Assembly: GCF_052425735.1 (NCBI RefSeq) | Contig: NC_135761.1 | Coordinates: 63,364,001-63,428,000 of the forward strand | DNA from: Oculina patagonica | Taxonomy: Eukaryota | Reading direction: 5' to 3' | DNA length: 64,000 bases | In this document: piece after piece, positions 27,988 to 39,879 of the stretch | How positions within the stretch are numbered: the stretch's first letter is position 1 | Layout: every line of letters begins with the position of its first letter | Made by a program: the position numbers and the translations under genes | The notes under the pieces: model-generated | The model's database searches: none | What the model was told of the DNA's origin: nothing | Seen by the model: only the letters and a program-made list of their open reading frames with translations

Positions 27988-28699
27988 ATTTAATTTTCAT
28001 TTCATGCACACATGCCATATACACGTTGTAGAATTTACTGCAACAAGAGCAAGTAAAACATTTTCTAGCGAAATTAGAATTGCTCATTCGAATTTCACGT
28101 GGCTGGTAATTGATGCATTGCAACTCAAGACAACCAGAGACAACTTAATCGATAACACTAGATTTTAAAACACATAATAATATATTTTAAGCATACCTTT
28201 TTCATACGCTGTTTGCTTTGGAGAAGAGCGGCGAGAACTGTTTATGTTGATGGTGTACCATATTAATCGATGGGTTAATGTGTCGTCTTCATAGGTCCAC
28301 AAAACGCAAAAGTAGATTTCGCGCCATGGCTTGATATTTGGCGGGGAGTTAACTTGCCGCATTTCCCGCGCGTAAACATTATCCTTGGCTGCTGATTTTT
28401 TGTGGTTGTTTGGAGATTATCTTCCTTTAATGTTTGCAGTGAGAATACTTGCTTTCATCCTTGTTTCCATTATTCTTTCATTGAAGTAAATTATACTCCC
28501 TGCCCCGCCACAGACTGCACTGCATGTTAATTTTGACCAAATGATCTTGCACATCACCTCGTGATCTTTATTTGCACGGTTTCGCAATACACTGCTATTA
28601 ATTTGTAACAGAATGAAACGTGTACGGGCAAACGAGGAAATTAGATACAGAAAAAGCCAATGAAAACAAATTGGTGTATCGTCACCACCAATCAACGAT
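27988..28699 (+). repeat. Left long terminal inverted repeat (at least 712 bp; probably extends outward through 27922 into the gap)
   Basis: Reverse complement of 49227-49938 with about 5 mismatches seen by eye. The same spurious ORFs appear on opposite strands (28165-28362 vs 49564-49761). Degenerate similarity continues inward to about 28750. Confidence 0.95.
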
Positions 28700-28734
28700 A
28701 GACACATGTTACAAGCAGATTCACGGCATCTTTC

Positions 28735-29574
28735 ATGATTGCAGAACACGTAATCACGTTACTTTTGTTATCGTTTTTAAGCAAAGTTTATTTCTTTGCG
28801 ACTAGAAAAGAAAAACTGGGTATTATGTATTCAACTGAATCTTTTAAAGAAGAATCATCAGAGACTGGTAGCAATCACCTTTTCGATGAAATAGTGTTTG
28901 AGAGCGACAATGAAGAGTCACAACCGCATACCATGTTGCCACTGTTACATTCATCGACACTGCCTAAAGCGTATGACAATGTTGAGGTTGTGTTTGAAAG
29001 CGACGAAGAAGATTTCGAAGCAGATAACGTATTGCCTTTTTTGGAAACTGCAACACTTCTCAATGCTGTGTATAATGATGCAGCAGCAGCTACGGTTGTC
29101 AGTCCAAAACTTCCGCCTATCACCCTGGAAACTATCATTCCACCAGTGAGCCGCCAAGATATGAAGCGCATCTTCGTGGTAGAAACAATCAAGCAAGGCT
29201 CGCACAATTTCATCGAATTAAATGTTGGGTGCGGTTATTCCTCTTGCAAGGTTACTACCATAATTAACACTTCTGACAGTTATGGAATTTACTGGTGTCC
29301 TTTTCCAAAATGTAACATGAAGTCTAGGAAGCGATGGCTTTTAAGTGATCATTTGAGGAAAACCCATCACGGTCCATTTTACTGTGGGCAATGTGGCACT
29401 TTCTACTGTCACTTGTCTTCATTAGATCGCCATTTACGGCAAAGTGGGCATTTGCGTTTTACTCATTGTTTGAAAAATGAGGAACCTGGCTGTCATACTA
29501 CTGCAGCGATAAAACGGTTCTCTGCCGATATGTGTAAAGTTTTTTCAACTGCCCCAGGCTACATTATCCTATAG
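28735..29574 (+). CDS. C2H2 zinc-finger protein with duplicated acidic SIM-like segments (transposon cargo)
   Basis: 279-aa ORF (alternative start M31 at 28825). Fingers: CPFPKC-x12-HLRKTH and CGQC-x12-HLRQSGH. A 32-aa tandem repeat carries EIVFESDNEE / VEVVFESDEED. Confidence 0.75.
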   Translation: MIAEHVITLLLLSFLSKVYFFATRKEKLGIMYSTESFKEESSETGSNHLFDEIVFESDNEESQPHTMLPLLHSSTLPKAYDNVEVVFESDEEDFEADNVLPFLETATLLNAVYNDAAAATVVSPKLPPITLETIIPPVSRQDMKRIFVVETIKQGSHNFIELNVGCGYSSCKVTTIINTSDSYGIYWCPFPKCNMKSRKRWLLSDHLRKTHHGPFYCGQCGTFYCHLSSLDRHLRQSGHLRFTHCLKNEEPGCHTTAAIKRFSADMCKVFSTAPGYIIL

Positions 29575-30878
29575 GTTGAACTTAACGAAGTTTCTTTTTA
29601 TCAAAACTGTTGAACAGGCGAACTAACTATATCAATGATAAGATGTCAAAATTCTCATGCCGCAAATAACGACATTCCGTATATTTTAGTACCTTAGAAA
29701 TCATCTTGTATTTGACACACTGTTACATTGTTCCTAGTACTTAATTATACTAGACAACTTACACAAGGTACTGATAACATTTTTTTTGGTTAAAAAGTCT
29801 AAAAAGTTACTAAATTAAAAAAAAAAAAAACGTTTTTGACGTACAACATGAGATTAGCAAAGACGTACATGAAAAATAAACCACTGATTATGATCGTTAT
29901 GTCGAAAACGTTTTGGTTTTAAAATTTTAGTAGATTTCTAGCCTTTTTATAAACATCTTATTAAGCAAACATCTTAATAAGCAACGGACATTCTAAGATA
30001 CCTTGAACCTTATTTTCTTAAATATAAAAATATTGGACATAATTTTATTTGAACTAAATTACTTATTTTCTGATGGTTCTCTTTATGTAACCACACGTAA
30101 ACATCCTAGCAATTACCATATACATTTAATGATTTTCTAGAAAACAGTTGTCAACATGAAGAGGTCAGCAAATACGTCCGTGAAATGTAACAGATCAAAT
30201 TAGGAAACACTTTCAAAAATACAATTTAAATGCAATTGCTTTACACAAAAATAAAGACAACTTATTTGTTATTTTTTAATATGCATTGAGCCAATGAGAT
30301 CATATTATTAGCCGTTTAGTTTCGTCAACTGGAAAATGTAACTGTAATTAGACTTTCCCAAAAAAAAACGTACATGAAAAAACAGTAAGAATAATTGGGT
30401 TATAAATATGTGCATTTCCCGTTAACAAAATATTTGAAATAGATATCCTTTAGCTCCCATTATTTCTTGAAATAATAATTTAAATATACGTTAGTGAAAT
30501 TCATGAAGTATGGTCTGAGTGGGAGCAGGCCTGAAAAGGTTGTTTTTAGAAGTCTGCGTTTCTACTATCTTAAGGAAGCCAAATAGTTCATAAACTCAAG
30601 TTTAAATTTCTGCATGGCAATTGGATGAATCGAAGACCAAATGTTTCGGGCTTAGCTCTTCATCAGTCTTCTTTTGTCGAAACTTCAGACAATATGTGGG
30701 AACAACACTTAGTTTTCAGATCTACCCCAATTATACGAACTACCACAACACTCCTTAGTTTACAATTTTCAGAACATTGTTTGATTATTTGAATTGTATT
30801 GAAAAAGAGTGCCGTGTATAATCATCACTCCATGGATAGGAAGGGTTTTTGTTAAAATTGCCAACACTTCCTGGTCTA

Positions 30879-33800
30879 TCACTCCTTGTACTCCAAAATT
30901 TCATGTGCGATTTCGTACCGCAGGTGGTCCACATTTTCCTGGAAAAGGCAAAAAAAATATTTTGTATGCGATTTACTACTGTTATGCACTTAGTGAGAAG
31001 TACATACCTCTTATTAATCGCGTTTGAGGGTTTGTATTTTAAAATACGGACCGAGTTTTTTTCTGTCTATTTATAGCGCAAGCGCGAAGCACATGTTCTC
31101 AAAAAGCCAATTTGGGTACTATGCTTATTACTAATGCGTTTCGTTTTTCTGGCAATGTATTTCCGTAAAAAAAAAATTAAGAAACCTCAAAATGGGGAAA
31201 CTTGTGCTAATCCATTCAAATAACTCACTGACCTGAGTAAAGTTTGGCTGTACTCCCTCCGCTAAGCATTTTGCTGTCTGTGAAAAAAATGTTGTAGAGA
31301 ACCGAATCTGAGAACACTGATATAAAAGATAAAACTTAAAAGTTTCATTTTAGCTACGTGCAAAGGCGGTTACTAGTGAAATACACTATATATAGCTTTT
31401 GGGACAGTGAAGAAGTGATTTAATGAAGTTTTTGGGCCATCATTGCTAGCGTTTTGATTGTTTCTTCAATTCAGTCAGGTTTCTATTTTTTTAAAAAAGT
31501 GTTTCATCCATATTCTTGAATGCGTTTTGCCATTCCATGTATTGCATTAGCATATAGTCTACTGAAACGCAAAATCTTTTTTCCATATTTTTTTTAAAAA
31601 AGATAATAATTATTATCAAACCTCTATCACAAACACTCCACAACTGGTATCGTCGAGTTGTTCCGGTCCTTTCATAACGGTGTCTTCCCAACGATCTAAT
31701 TGGGAAAATCCCTGAGCAGTCAAAAATTTCCTACAGAAAAAAAAAATGACGATTTTTCTGGAAAACAATATTTGCACTTTACATTCATATTTAGAAAGCA
31801 GAAAAACACATAATCCAGAGATTAATTCCGTATATCGATACTGATGTGAGTTCTAGAAATATTAATGCATGAGACAAACCTAATATTTTTGAAAACTGAC
31901 TGCTTTGGACCGCTCTGCTTACTGTCGTAAAACACAATCGCTTGTTTGATTCTGTCGGCAACCTATAGGAATTAAAAAATTTCAGGCTCTTAGTTCACAG
32001 TTAACCCAAAAGTAACTTGAAAAATCTGGCTAGATAAAAGACGGATCATATAATAACTAATGACCATGGATTCTAAGTACGTTGTCGGTTAACAGTCATC
32101 TGTATGCACTACCATAGTTTACAGATTAGTTTGCACCTACCGCAAGCACCCAATGAACTCCTTGTATATTGATTGGGAAGAGCAAAATCTGACTTGTGTT
32201 TAGACGGTCCTGTTGATCGAATTTGTTGTTAATACTGTTTCGTTAGATTACAGGAATGAGAGGTAAGGTGGGAAATAGTTTTCCATTGTGGCAACTCTAT
32301 GAGTAATTAGCAAATTTTAACATAACAGATTTGCGGTGCTCTTCTTGGATGAACTGTTGCTGTATTTGTTCATTAGGCAAGCATTTTTAGTTTTCATACA
32401 GTTGAGCGAAAGCGAACTACAGTGTAGGCGTAAAAGTGACACGCATCTTTTGGGATTTTTTTCCCGCTTTCACTCAGTAAGAGACCAGATGTGAACTAAA
32501 CTAACGCTTGATGCACTATTCGTCAGAAGGACGCTGGGCCAAGAGGTAAAACGTGAAAAGATATTAAATGAGGCGTGGCTGAAAGTAACATTTACCTGGT
32601 CAAACCATTTATCTAATTTAAGGGTACGGACGTCGCTTTTCAAACTGTTCAGTTTTGCGTAGAAGAAACTGGTGAACGACATCAGCCTTTTTCCCTGAAA
32701 TGAAATTCGCATAAATAATACACGGTCAAGCTGGATTCCTTGCATGAAATAAGTTTTAACGCAAAAAAAGACTTAATTGTCACCTTTCTGTTGCCCCGTT
32801 CCTCAATGATTTTGAAGGAAGCGTCTATTATCTAAGGAAATAATAACGGATTGTCAGTAGTTATGTTTAAGATCCGCAAATTTACTGTAATATATTTACC
32901 TCCATTTTTACTTATAAAAGCCCACAGTGTGATAAGTACAATGAAACTGCCTTCTTGTCTGTGCCAGGTGGGGGGGGGGGGGGGGTGGGGGTGGGGTAAG
33001 GGTTAGTTTTGTGAAAGAGTGACATAGCGGTGCCAGGCAACTAACCTTAAATTGGCAATGTTCTTTGTTAATCGACATGTTTTGACCTTGACCGTACGCA
33101 ACTAACACATTAGAAACGTCTATGTTTGGTAATTCATAGATAGCGATTTTTAATGCAGAACAAAAGATTAAACCACGCTAAAGAGAAAGGAAAAAGCGGT
33201 AATAACGGCCACCAGTGTGAATTGTACTTATTAAAAGAATCCCGATGATTCCCCAAAAATCAAAATTTTTCTGTTATTGAATGTAAACACGGAAGTATTT
33301 TTATTCCACGTCACTGAGATATTTGTCAATTACGTGATAAACTGAGTGAGAAATCCGCCTGAAATTACAAAAAGATTTCGGCCACCTAAAACATGTAAAA
33401 TCCGCCCATGTTGGCATGCATTAATATCGAATAATTTCCGAGAAACACTTAGTTTTATGTTTTCAGCAGCAACTTGATTCACAAATGATTTTCACCCGGC
33501 CTGTGCCTGGCACCACTATGTCTTCAAAGAAAAAAAAAAAAAGTGCAGACTTTCTTCCACGCCCTTGTGAGTTCTGCTAGTTTACTCCCATGTTTATAAC
33601 GGGGCGTGGTTCCGTGTACATCTTTCCCTTTTGTTCTCTTTATCGTACCTGATCGTTTAGCCATCCATCAATAAATGGCTTGGACATTTCGCGATTTAAT
33701 AGCAATTTGTCCTCATCTGTCACGGATGGCTGCACTGTCTTCAAATCTTTCAGAGTTATCGTAATATCTCTGATTTTCCTGATTTTTGTAGACAGACACT

Positions 33801-36800
33801 TGTTGTGAATTTCCCATGCTGATTCAACCTAAAGTTTTGTAAGAACAATGATCAGGAAAAATTAATTCCCATTGTTAGTGCTGTATATGCAGAATTTTAA
33901 GGAAATCTATCTGCATGAACTCACCTTTCTTCGCTTTCTATATGTTTTAAGGACCTCCCCATAATGGGCCCTTATGAGAGGAAGATTGTTTACGCGGTAG
34001 CCGGTCTTTCCTTGAAGGCTTACTTCAATTTTTCGCCTGAAGATGTCGTTGGCGGTTACCGTTTCGTCCGACCTCTTTTTAAAATCGAAGACCTCGCCAG
34101 GTTTTTGTTCGAGGTAGGCGACACGAACATTGTCTCCTTCTACACCCATTACTTTGGCAATGTAGAATTTGACAATGTGGAATATTGCCACCCACTCGTT
34201 TACTTCAGGTATGGAATGTTTCTGCAACAATAAAGAAATCACCTTTGGTTTTCAAATTAATTTGGATGCAAATAGAGACGTTGCATTTCACATGATGGTA
34301 TTGCTGATTGTTTGTCATAAAGACAACCAGGTAAATGTTGAACAGCATATAAAGCATATAATCTTGGTATTGTTGGTATTACCTTCTTAGTTTCAGTCTT
34401 TTTGGCATCCTGTATCGGAGGATCCACTACATTTGATTCCCCTGTCGGAAAACCCTCTACATATGAATCCTCTGCCAGAGGATCCATTGCATTTGATTCC
34501 CCTGTCGGAAAATCGTCTACATATGAATTCTCTGTCAGAGAATCCTCTGAATGTGGTTCCTCTTTGGAAGAATCTAGGTGCAGTGGATCCTCTTCCACAA
34601 TTTCTATCTTCTCCTCTCCTATTTCAGGTTCGTCTTTTTCTTCATTTGTTGGAATTGCCTACAGAATGTCGAGAATATGTAAATTTTTAATCGAGAAGAG
34701 TTAAATTCATTTTTAAGATGGCAAAAAAAATTTAATTTTTAATTTTTAACGGCAAAATTATGTTGTCATAAGTACCATTCTACGTCGTTTTTTCTTGGGC
34801 CCTACTGTAACATTATCAGGGCCGGCTTCCTTAATTTCATTGTTATCCTGTAAGAGCAATTGCAAAAATTGTCAAATAAGTTTTAAGTTTACAAATAACT
34901 GCTTCAGGTCATTTATATATTGCAAAAGTATTGTTGCCAACAAACATTGCTCAAAGGATCTATAACGCTCTCCACCGGATAAATCGCTGTGTAGATGTAA
35001 ACAAAGCCAACTACTCTTTTAACTATGGAATGCTTTTGCGTGTTATACAATGGCATATTGTAGGTCACAAATTACAATTCCTCCTTAATTTTCTGAAATT
35101 TGGTGTACTTACTTCGGGCATGTAATCCACTAGTGATGAAACATCCTCTAACAGGAGGTTAAACTTTGGTTTTACCTGTATGGATAAGAAACGAAATGGT
35201 GTTTTTTGAGGCTTTCAAGGTTATATGATTGTCAACTGGTTATTTGCAATTTGCCAAACACAAAATCTTGTCTGCTGTCCAGACTTCCTAGCCAGTTTTC
35301 CTTTTCGAAAAATAAAGAAAAAATGCTTCCTTCGTGGAAACTGTTTCTTGGCTAGTGGCTACTTATAATTTTCGTGCGTGTTTACTGATAAAAAATTTCT
35401 TATTGGACTTGGACAGTATCACGACCTCTTGCTAACATACGTTTAAGCAACAGCTATGTCGTAATAATCAATAGAGGCTATGATATTAATTACTTCGATA
35501 TTAGTTGCATCCGCCACAATCTGTCCCTCCTTCCTTCTTTGGGTTGTTTTCACCTGTACAAAATAAACAAACCGCAACATCGATACTGACTCAGAGAGAC
35601 CCTTGAGAGTTACGACCAATTTTGAAACGCGTACAGGTTCGTCCTCGTTCTGACTCGAATCTGAACGGAAGACATGAATTAGACTTCACAAGTTTGTATC
35701 GCATAATTTCTGAATGTCTTTAGCTAGGGCTGTAGCCAGGCTTTGATATATACGAGGCAAACGTTGCGAGCGCCGAATGCGCGAGCCGCAGGTGGGGTTA
35801 TGGGAAATTCTGAAATCGTGAAGCACTGAAACGCTATGAGGTATTTCTATAGAAAGAAATCATGAGGAATTTCTACAGAAAAAACGATCTCATTTATCTG
35901 GGAATTATTTTTGGCCTCTTGCAAGTTACGGCCCTGATTTAACAAATGCTAAGTCTGATAGATTGCATCCTGGTAGAGTGTTATTTGTATTTAATTTTCT
36001 AACTGATTACTGGTGCCGGGAAGCAAAACGCAAATGAAATTATTCCCTAATTTTGCGAGTATACCATTTGGTTACCTTTTATAATCGTTGCATGTATGTA
36101 ATTGAATACGCTCTTACCGGACGTACCTTTACTTTTTCTTTGCCCGTGATGCTTCCCTGACCGTGTTTGCTGCTTGCTTCCTTAGCCTTGATGGAACATT
36201 ACAAGAAGCACAGTAAATATATCACATGTTTGCGCTGCAGTACATTTACTCAGCAGATACAACTGACAAGGAAGCAAACTGGAACACTCGCTATTCTTTG
36301 TCTGATCAATCTACATTCATGATTGTACCCTAAACATAACAAATGTTAAAACAATAAAGCAAACTAGAGGCTTTTGCATGGCTACTTTATGCGTTAGTCG
36401 TAAGTTATCGGAAAGGAAGATTTTTTTAAAAAAATGGCAGCACCCGTCTTGGGCAACTACAATCGCTTGGTTACCTCATCAAGCGTACAGCTTTCCTCCA
36501 ATAACGGTTCTTTTAGTGACGCAATGGTTGTTTGGAGTTTTTCAATTCTCTATGACATAAAAAGACAACATTTTCCGAATTATGATTCGTCATCGAAAAT
36601 TTACACTACCGTAATTATTCGATTTAGCGCCCTCCTTCCAATAAGCGCCCCCTTCCGAATAAGCGCCCCCCTTCGAATGTGTTTTTGTAAATAAGCGCCC
36701 CTATTCCAATAAGCGCCCCCATTCTAATTAGCTCCCCCATTCTTATAAGCACCCCTATTCTAATAAGCGCCCCTATTGCAGATAACTGCCCCTACTGAAG

Positions 36801-39471
36801 TCATTGACGTCAACTAGATAAGCTCCTGACCGTTCACCATACAGTTCATGTATATATATTTCTACTAAAATGAACAACTATTTTAAAAGTAACAAAACTT
36901 TTAACAATTTCTTACTGTTACAGTTCCTTTTATTGTTAGATACATTTGGTTGTTTCTCAAAAAATTGAATAAGCGCCCTGTCCCGAATAAGCGCCCTGTC
37001 TCGAATAAGCGCCATCCCTTGAGGTACCAAAAGGAAATAAGCGCCCCGGGCGCTAAATAACTTAGTTGTGATTAGAAAATTTCGTGTATTAAATAGATTA
37101 AATAGTTCGCAAGTTATTTAACTTCACTGAGCCTTTAAACAGTTGCTGTGGTAAAAAGAGAAACTGGGAGTCTTTCGATATGGTCAATAAGTCATTTGCA
37201 GAACATGATTACGCGCTTGGTTAACACCTAGCTTTGGGTCGCTTGGTAGCAAACCATCCACGTGTGACGTCAGATAACAGCAGTTTGAGTGAGAGCGAGC
37301 GTGGCCATTCAAACGTTTTACAAGTTTTCTAGACCAGCCACTCCGAAAAATCTCCAACAACGTATCAATCATAAACATCATCGGGGCCCAACTGAAGTGA
37401 GCGTTCGTTTGATTGTGATATCGATGCAACTTGGTTCGAAAGTGAGGGGAGTCAAAGTAAAAAAAAAAACGTAACTAAAGCATTGGAGTAAGGAAACGAA
37501 ATGCATAACAACCCTCTTTGGGAGTACAGTGGTTCGACGTAGAAAAAGGTCTGTCCGTTACCTTGTCATAAAATTCTCGTAGGTCTTTCTCTCTGGAACG
37601 AAGCTCCTCCACAAAGTCTTGAATGCCTCGATTCTCCTGCAATAACTTAGACAAAAGGCAACACGGAATTAGCAACTGTTCTTTAGTACAAAATTGTATT
37701 TTGGTTTAAATCACTTTCGCTGCTGGGGTCGTAAAACTCAACCTTCTCAATATTTCAATATCGATTACATAATTGAGAAAAAACAAAGGTGTTACAGATA
37801 TAACTGTTAGCAAAAAATTAAAATTTAAACACATCTAAAAAGTACTGAGTGAATTTATACTGCTTTTATGTTGTTGGAAGGTTCTTTACAATCAGGCGCG
37901 CATTGGTCTGATGCACAATTTAAGGGCCACCTACAATTCTTTGATTCCTTTAAATTTGAAACCAAATCAAGGTCCTTTACATTTATCAATAAAGATAAAG
38001 AAATTGCTTTACTGCCTCCGAGTTGCCCAATTTTACAGTTAGAGCTGCATGATAAAACTCACTTACAGTTTGAATTCTTGTTCGAAGTCCAGCACTTGTT
38101 CTTTTTTCGTCTTCCAACTGCCCTTTGAGCTCGTTGATTTCCGTTCGCTGATTTGAAATCGAGTAAGAAATTATTTCACTTAATTTTACCTGGCCAGAAC
38201 TGGTAAGGACAATTCCGGGACATCAAACATGAATATTATAAATAATAATAACTTAATTCTTCATAATTTTATTCAAATGATAATAATGCAATGTACAGTA
38301 GATTTTGTCACATACCAATACTGCTACATCCTCTTCTTGGAGGTCAGCTTCATCTTGAGATGATTCGAGCGCTTCCTCAAGTTGTTCATTCTGATCTTTC
38401 TTCGCCTTGCCCTTAAAAGCAAACAGAAGCGCATGTCAGCAATGACTGATAGCCCCGCTCCATAAAACCGTAACATATGTACACTCTTTTTTATATAAGA
38501 ACGTCTAATTTTCGGGCAGACTCTGAGCGTCTCTTTTTTTTCGATTTGAGGATGAAAATGTTTTTAAGACATTCTTAAGTTACCTTATTTTGGTCTACGA
38601 ACGGAGATTTTCTACACATTGTATCATGCAAGAAGCAAAAAAAACATTGTTAAAGTATTTCCTAGTTTTCAGCATTGAGTAGCTGTGCCGTTAAACCACA
38701 GTTTTGCATTTATTTATACTGCTCATTTTGATAAATTAAAACAAATGGGCAAATTAAAATTTGGGTAAGTCTCAACCTCAACATTCTTATAAAAAAATGG
38801 TTCTTGTAAAAAAAAAATAGTGTTTATGAAGCTATTTTAACAGAGGTTTAGCATGGTTTCTGTTGGACAACAACTGTGAAATGAATAAAATGAGAAAAAT
38901 AGCTCACCGTCTTTGCCGTGTTAAGTTCTGTCAACTTCTTTTCGCCTCCTTCAATCACTTTTTGTAGAAGGTCATAAGCTTCCTCTTCAGGACACGACTG
39001 TTTCAGGAACTTAAATGTGTAGCTCGAGATTTTATGGCTTCTGCAATACTTAGCAGGATTGTTTGCTATTTGTGTCACCAAGGCAAAACATCGCCGACTA
39101 AGCCTAGCTATTTGCTGAATCTTCTTTAAGTCCTAAGTTAAAGTCAAAATTACACTGTAATTTCATGCAGAAATAAACAAATTAATCAATCAAGACAAAA
39201 ACTAATATTAAAAGGCAGAGGCGGTTTTAAAACTCACTTTTGGACCCAAGTGTCTCTCTATAAAAGCTGCCAAACGCTTGTCCAGATCTCTGTTTACACC
39301 ACGTCGAGGTAAATCGTACCTTTCAGGTGTCAGTGATAGGAAGCGGTACATCGTTTCTCGTAGAATATTTACCGTCGGCCAAAAATCTGGTGGTTGATAT
39401 GGTGTGCTTTCGGCAACTACTCTTCCAGCGGTACTGGTTGATGGAGCGATTGGAATAAAAAACTTGTTCAT
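30879..39471 (-). CDS. Ulp1/SENP-family (peptidase C48, clan CE) cysteine protease with coiled-coil, NLS and Tudor-like region, ~743 aa
   Basis: Minus-strand GT-AG exons: 39471-39238, 39132-38908, 38411-38316, 38147-38067, 37636-37562, 36186-36127, 35553-35494, 35175-35113, 34847-34776, 34658-34383, 34221-33925, 33828-33649, 32831-32784, 32694-32596, 32209-32141, 31962-31880, 31730-31622, 31277-31233, 30938-30879. The catalytic domain reads ITLKDLKTV...GWLNDQIIDA...SFTSFFYAKL...KWF...LLFPINIQGVHWVLA...IVFYDS...PEQLDDTSCGVFVIE...FTQENVDHLRYEIAHEIL. The N-terminal exon set is less certain (an acceptor also lies at 39493-39494, and extra small exons are possible). Confidence 0.85.
36607..37060. 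mobile_element. MITE fragment with AATAAGCGCCC subterminal arrays, in a protease intron
   Basis: Starts TACCGTAATTATTCGATTTAGCGCCC and contains many AATAAGCGCCC copies. Inverted GGGCGCTAAAT at 37048-37058. Confidence 0.7.
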
Positions 39472-39879
39472 TTTTCGTTTTTCGCTGCTGTTCTGTCACA
39501 CAGAAATACTGATCACCCTTCGTAATATTTAATCGATTGAAATGGAGGTAAAGTTATCTTATCTATTACGAAATTAAATCAGGAAATGCGACGTTTATCC
39601 TTCAAAGGTTGGGTAACTTGAAAGACTCCACTCGAGCCATGGATAGAATTTGGTAGAATGAACCGAAAGAGACTTTTCTGACCATAAACCCGGGTGCGGG
39701 AAATTGTTTTACCTTTATTTTTCTTCTTACAACAATCTGAATTTTCGTGTTTCTTTTCAATAAAATTTGAAAATGTGACATGGTAGCATTGGGCAACAAC
39801 ATATTCATCCAAACGTATGACGTGAAAGGTTGACTGCGTTACACAACCTAGTATGTATTTCATGCAATTTGTCTCGCCC

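Noticed and set aside
27941-28749. ORFs inside the TIRs (also 49192-49761)
   Set aside because: Short, no recognisable motifs, and duplicated only because the TIR is duplicated.
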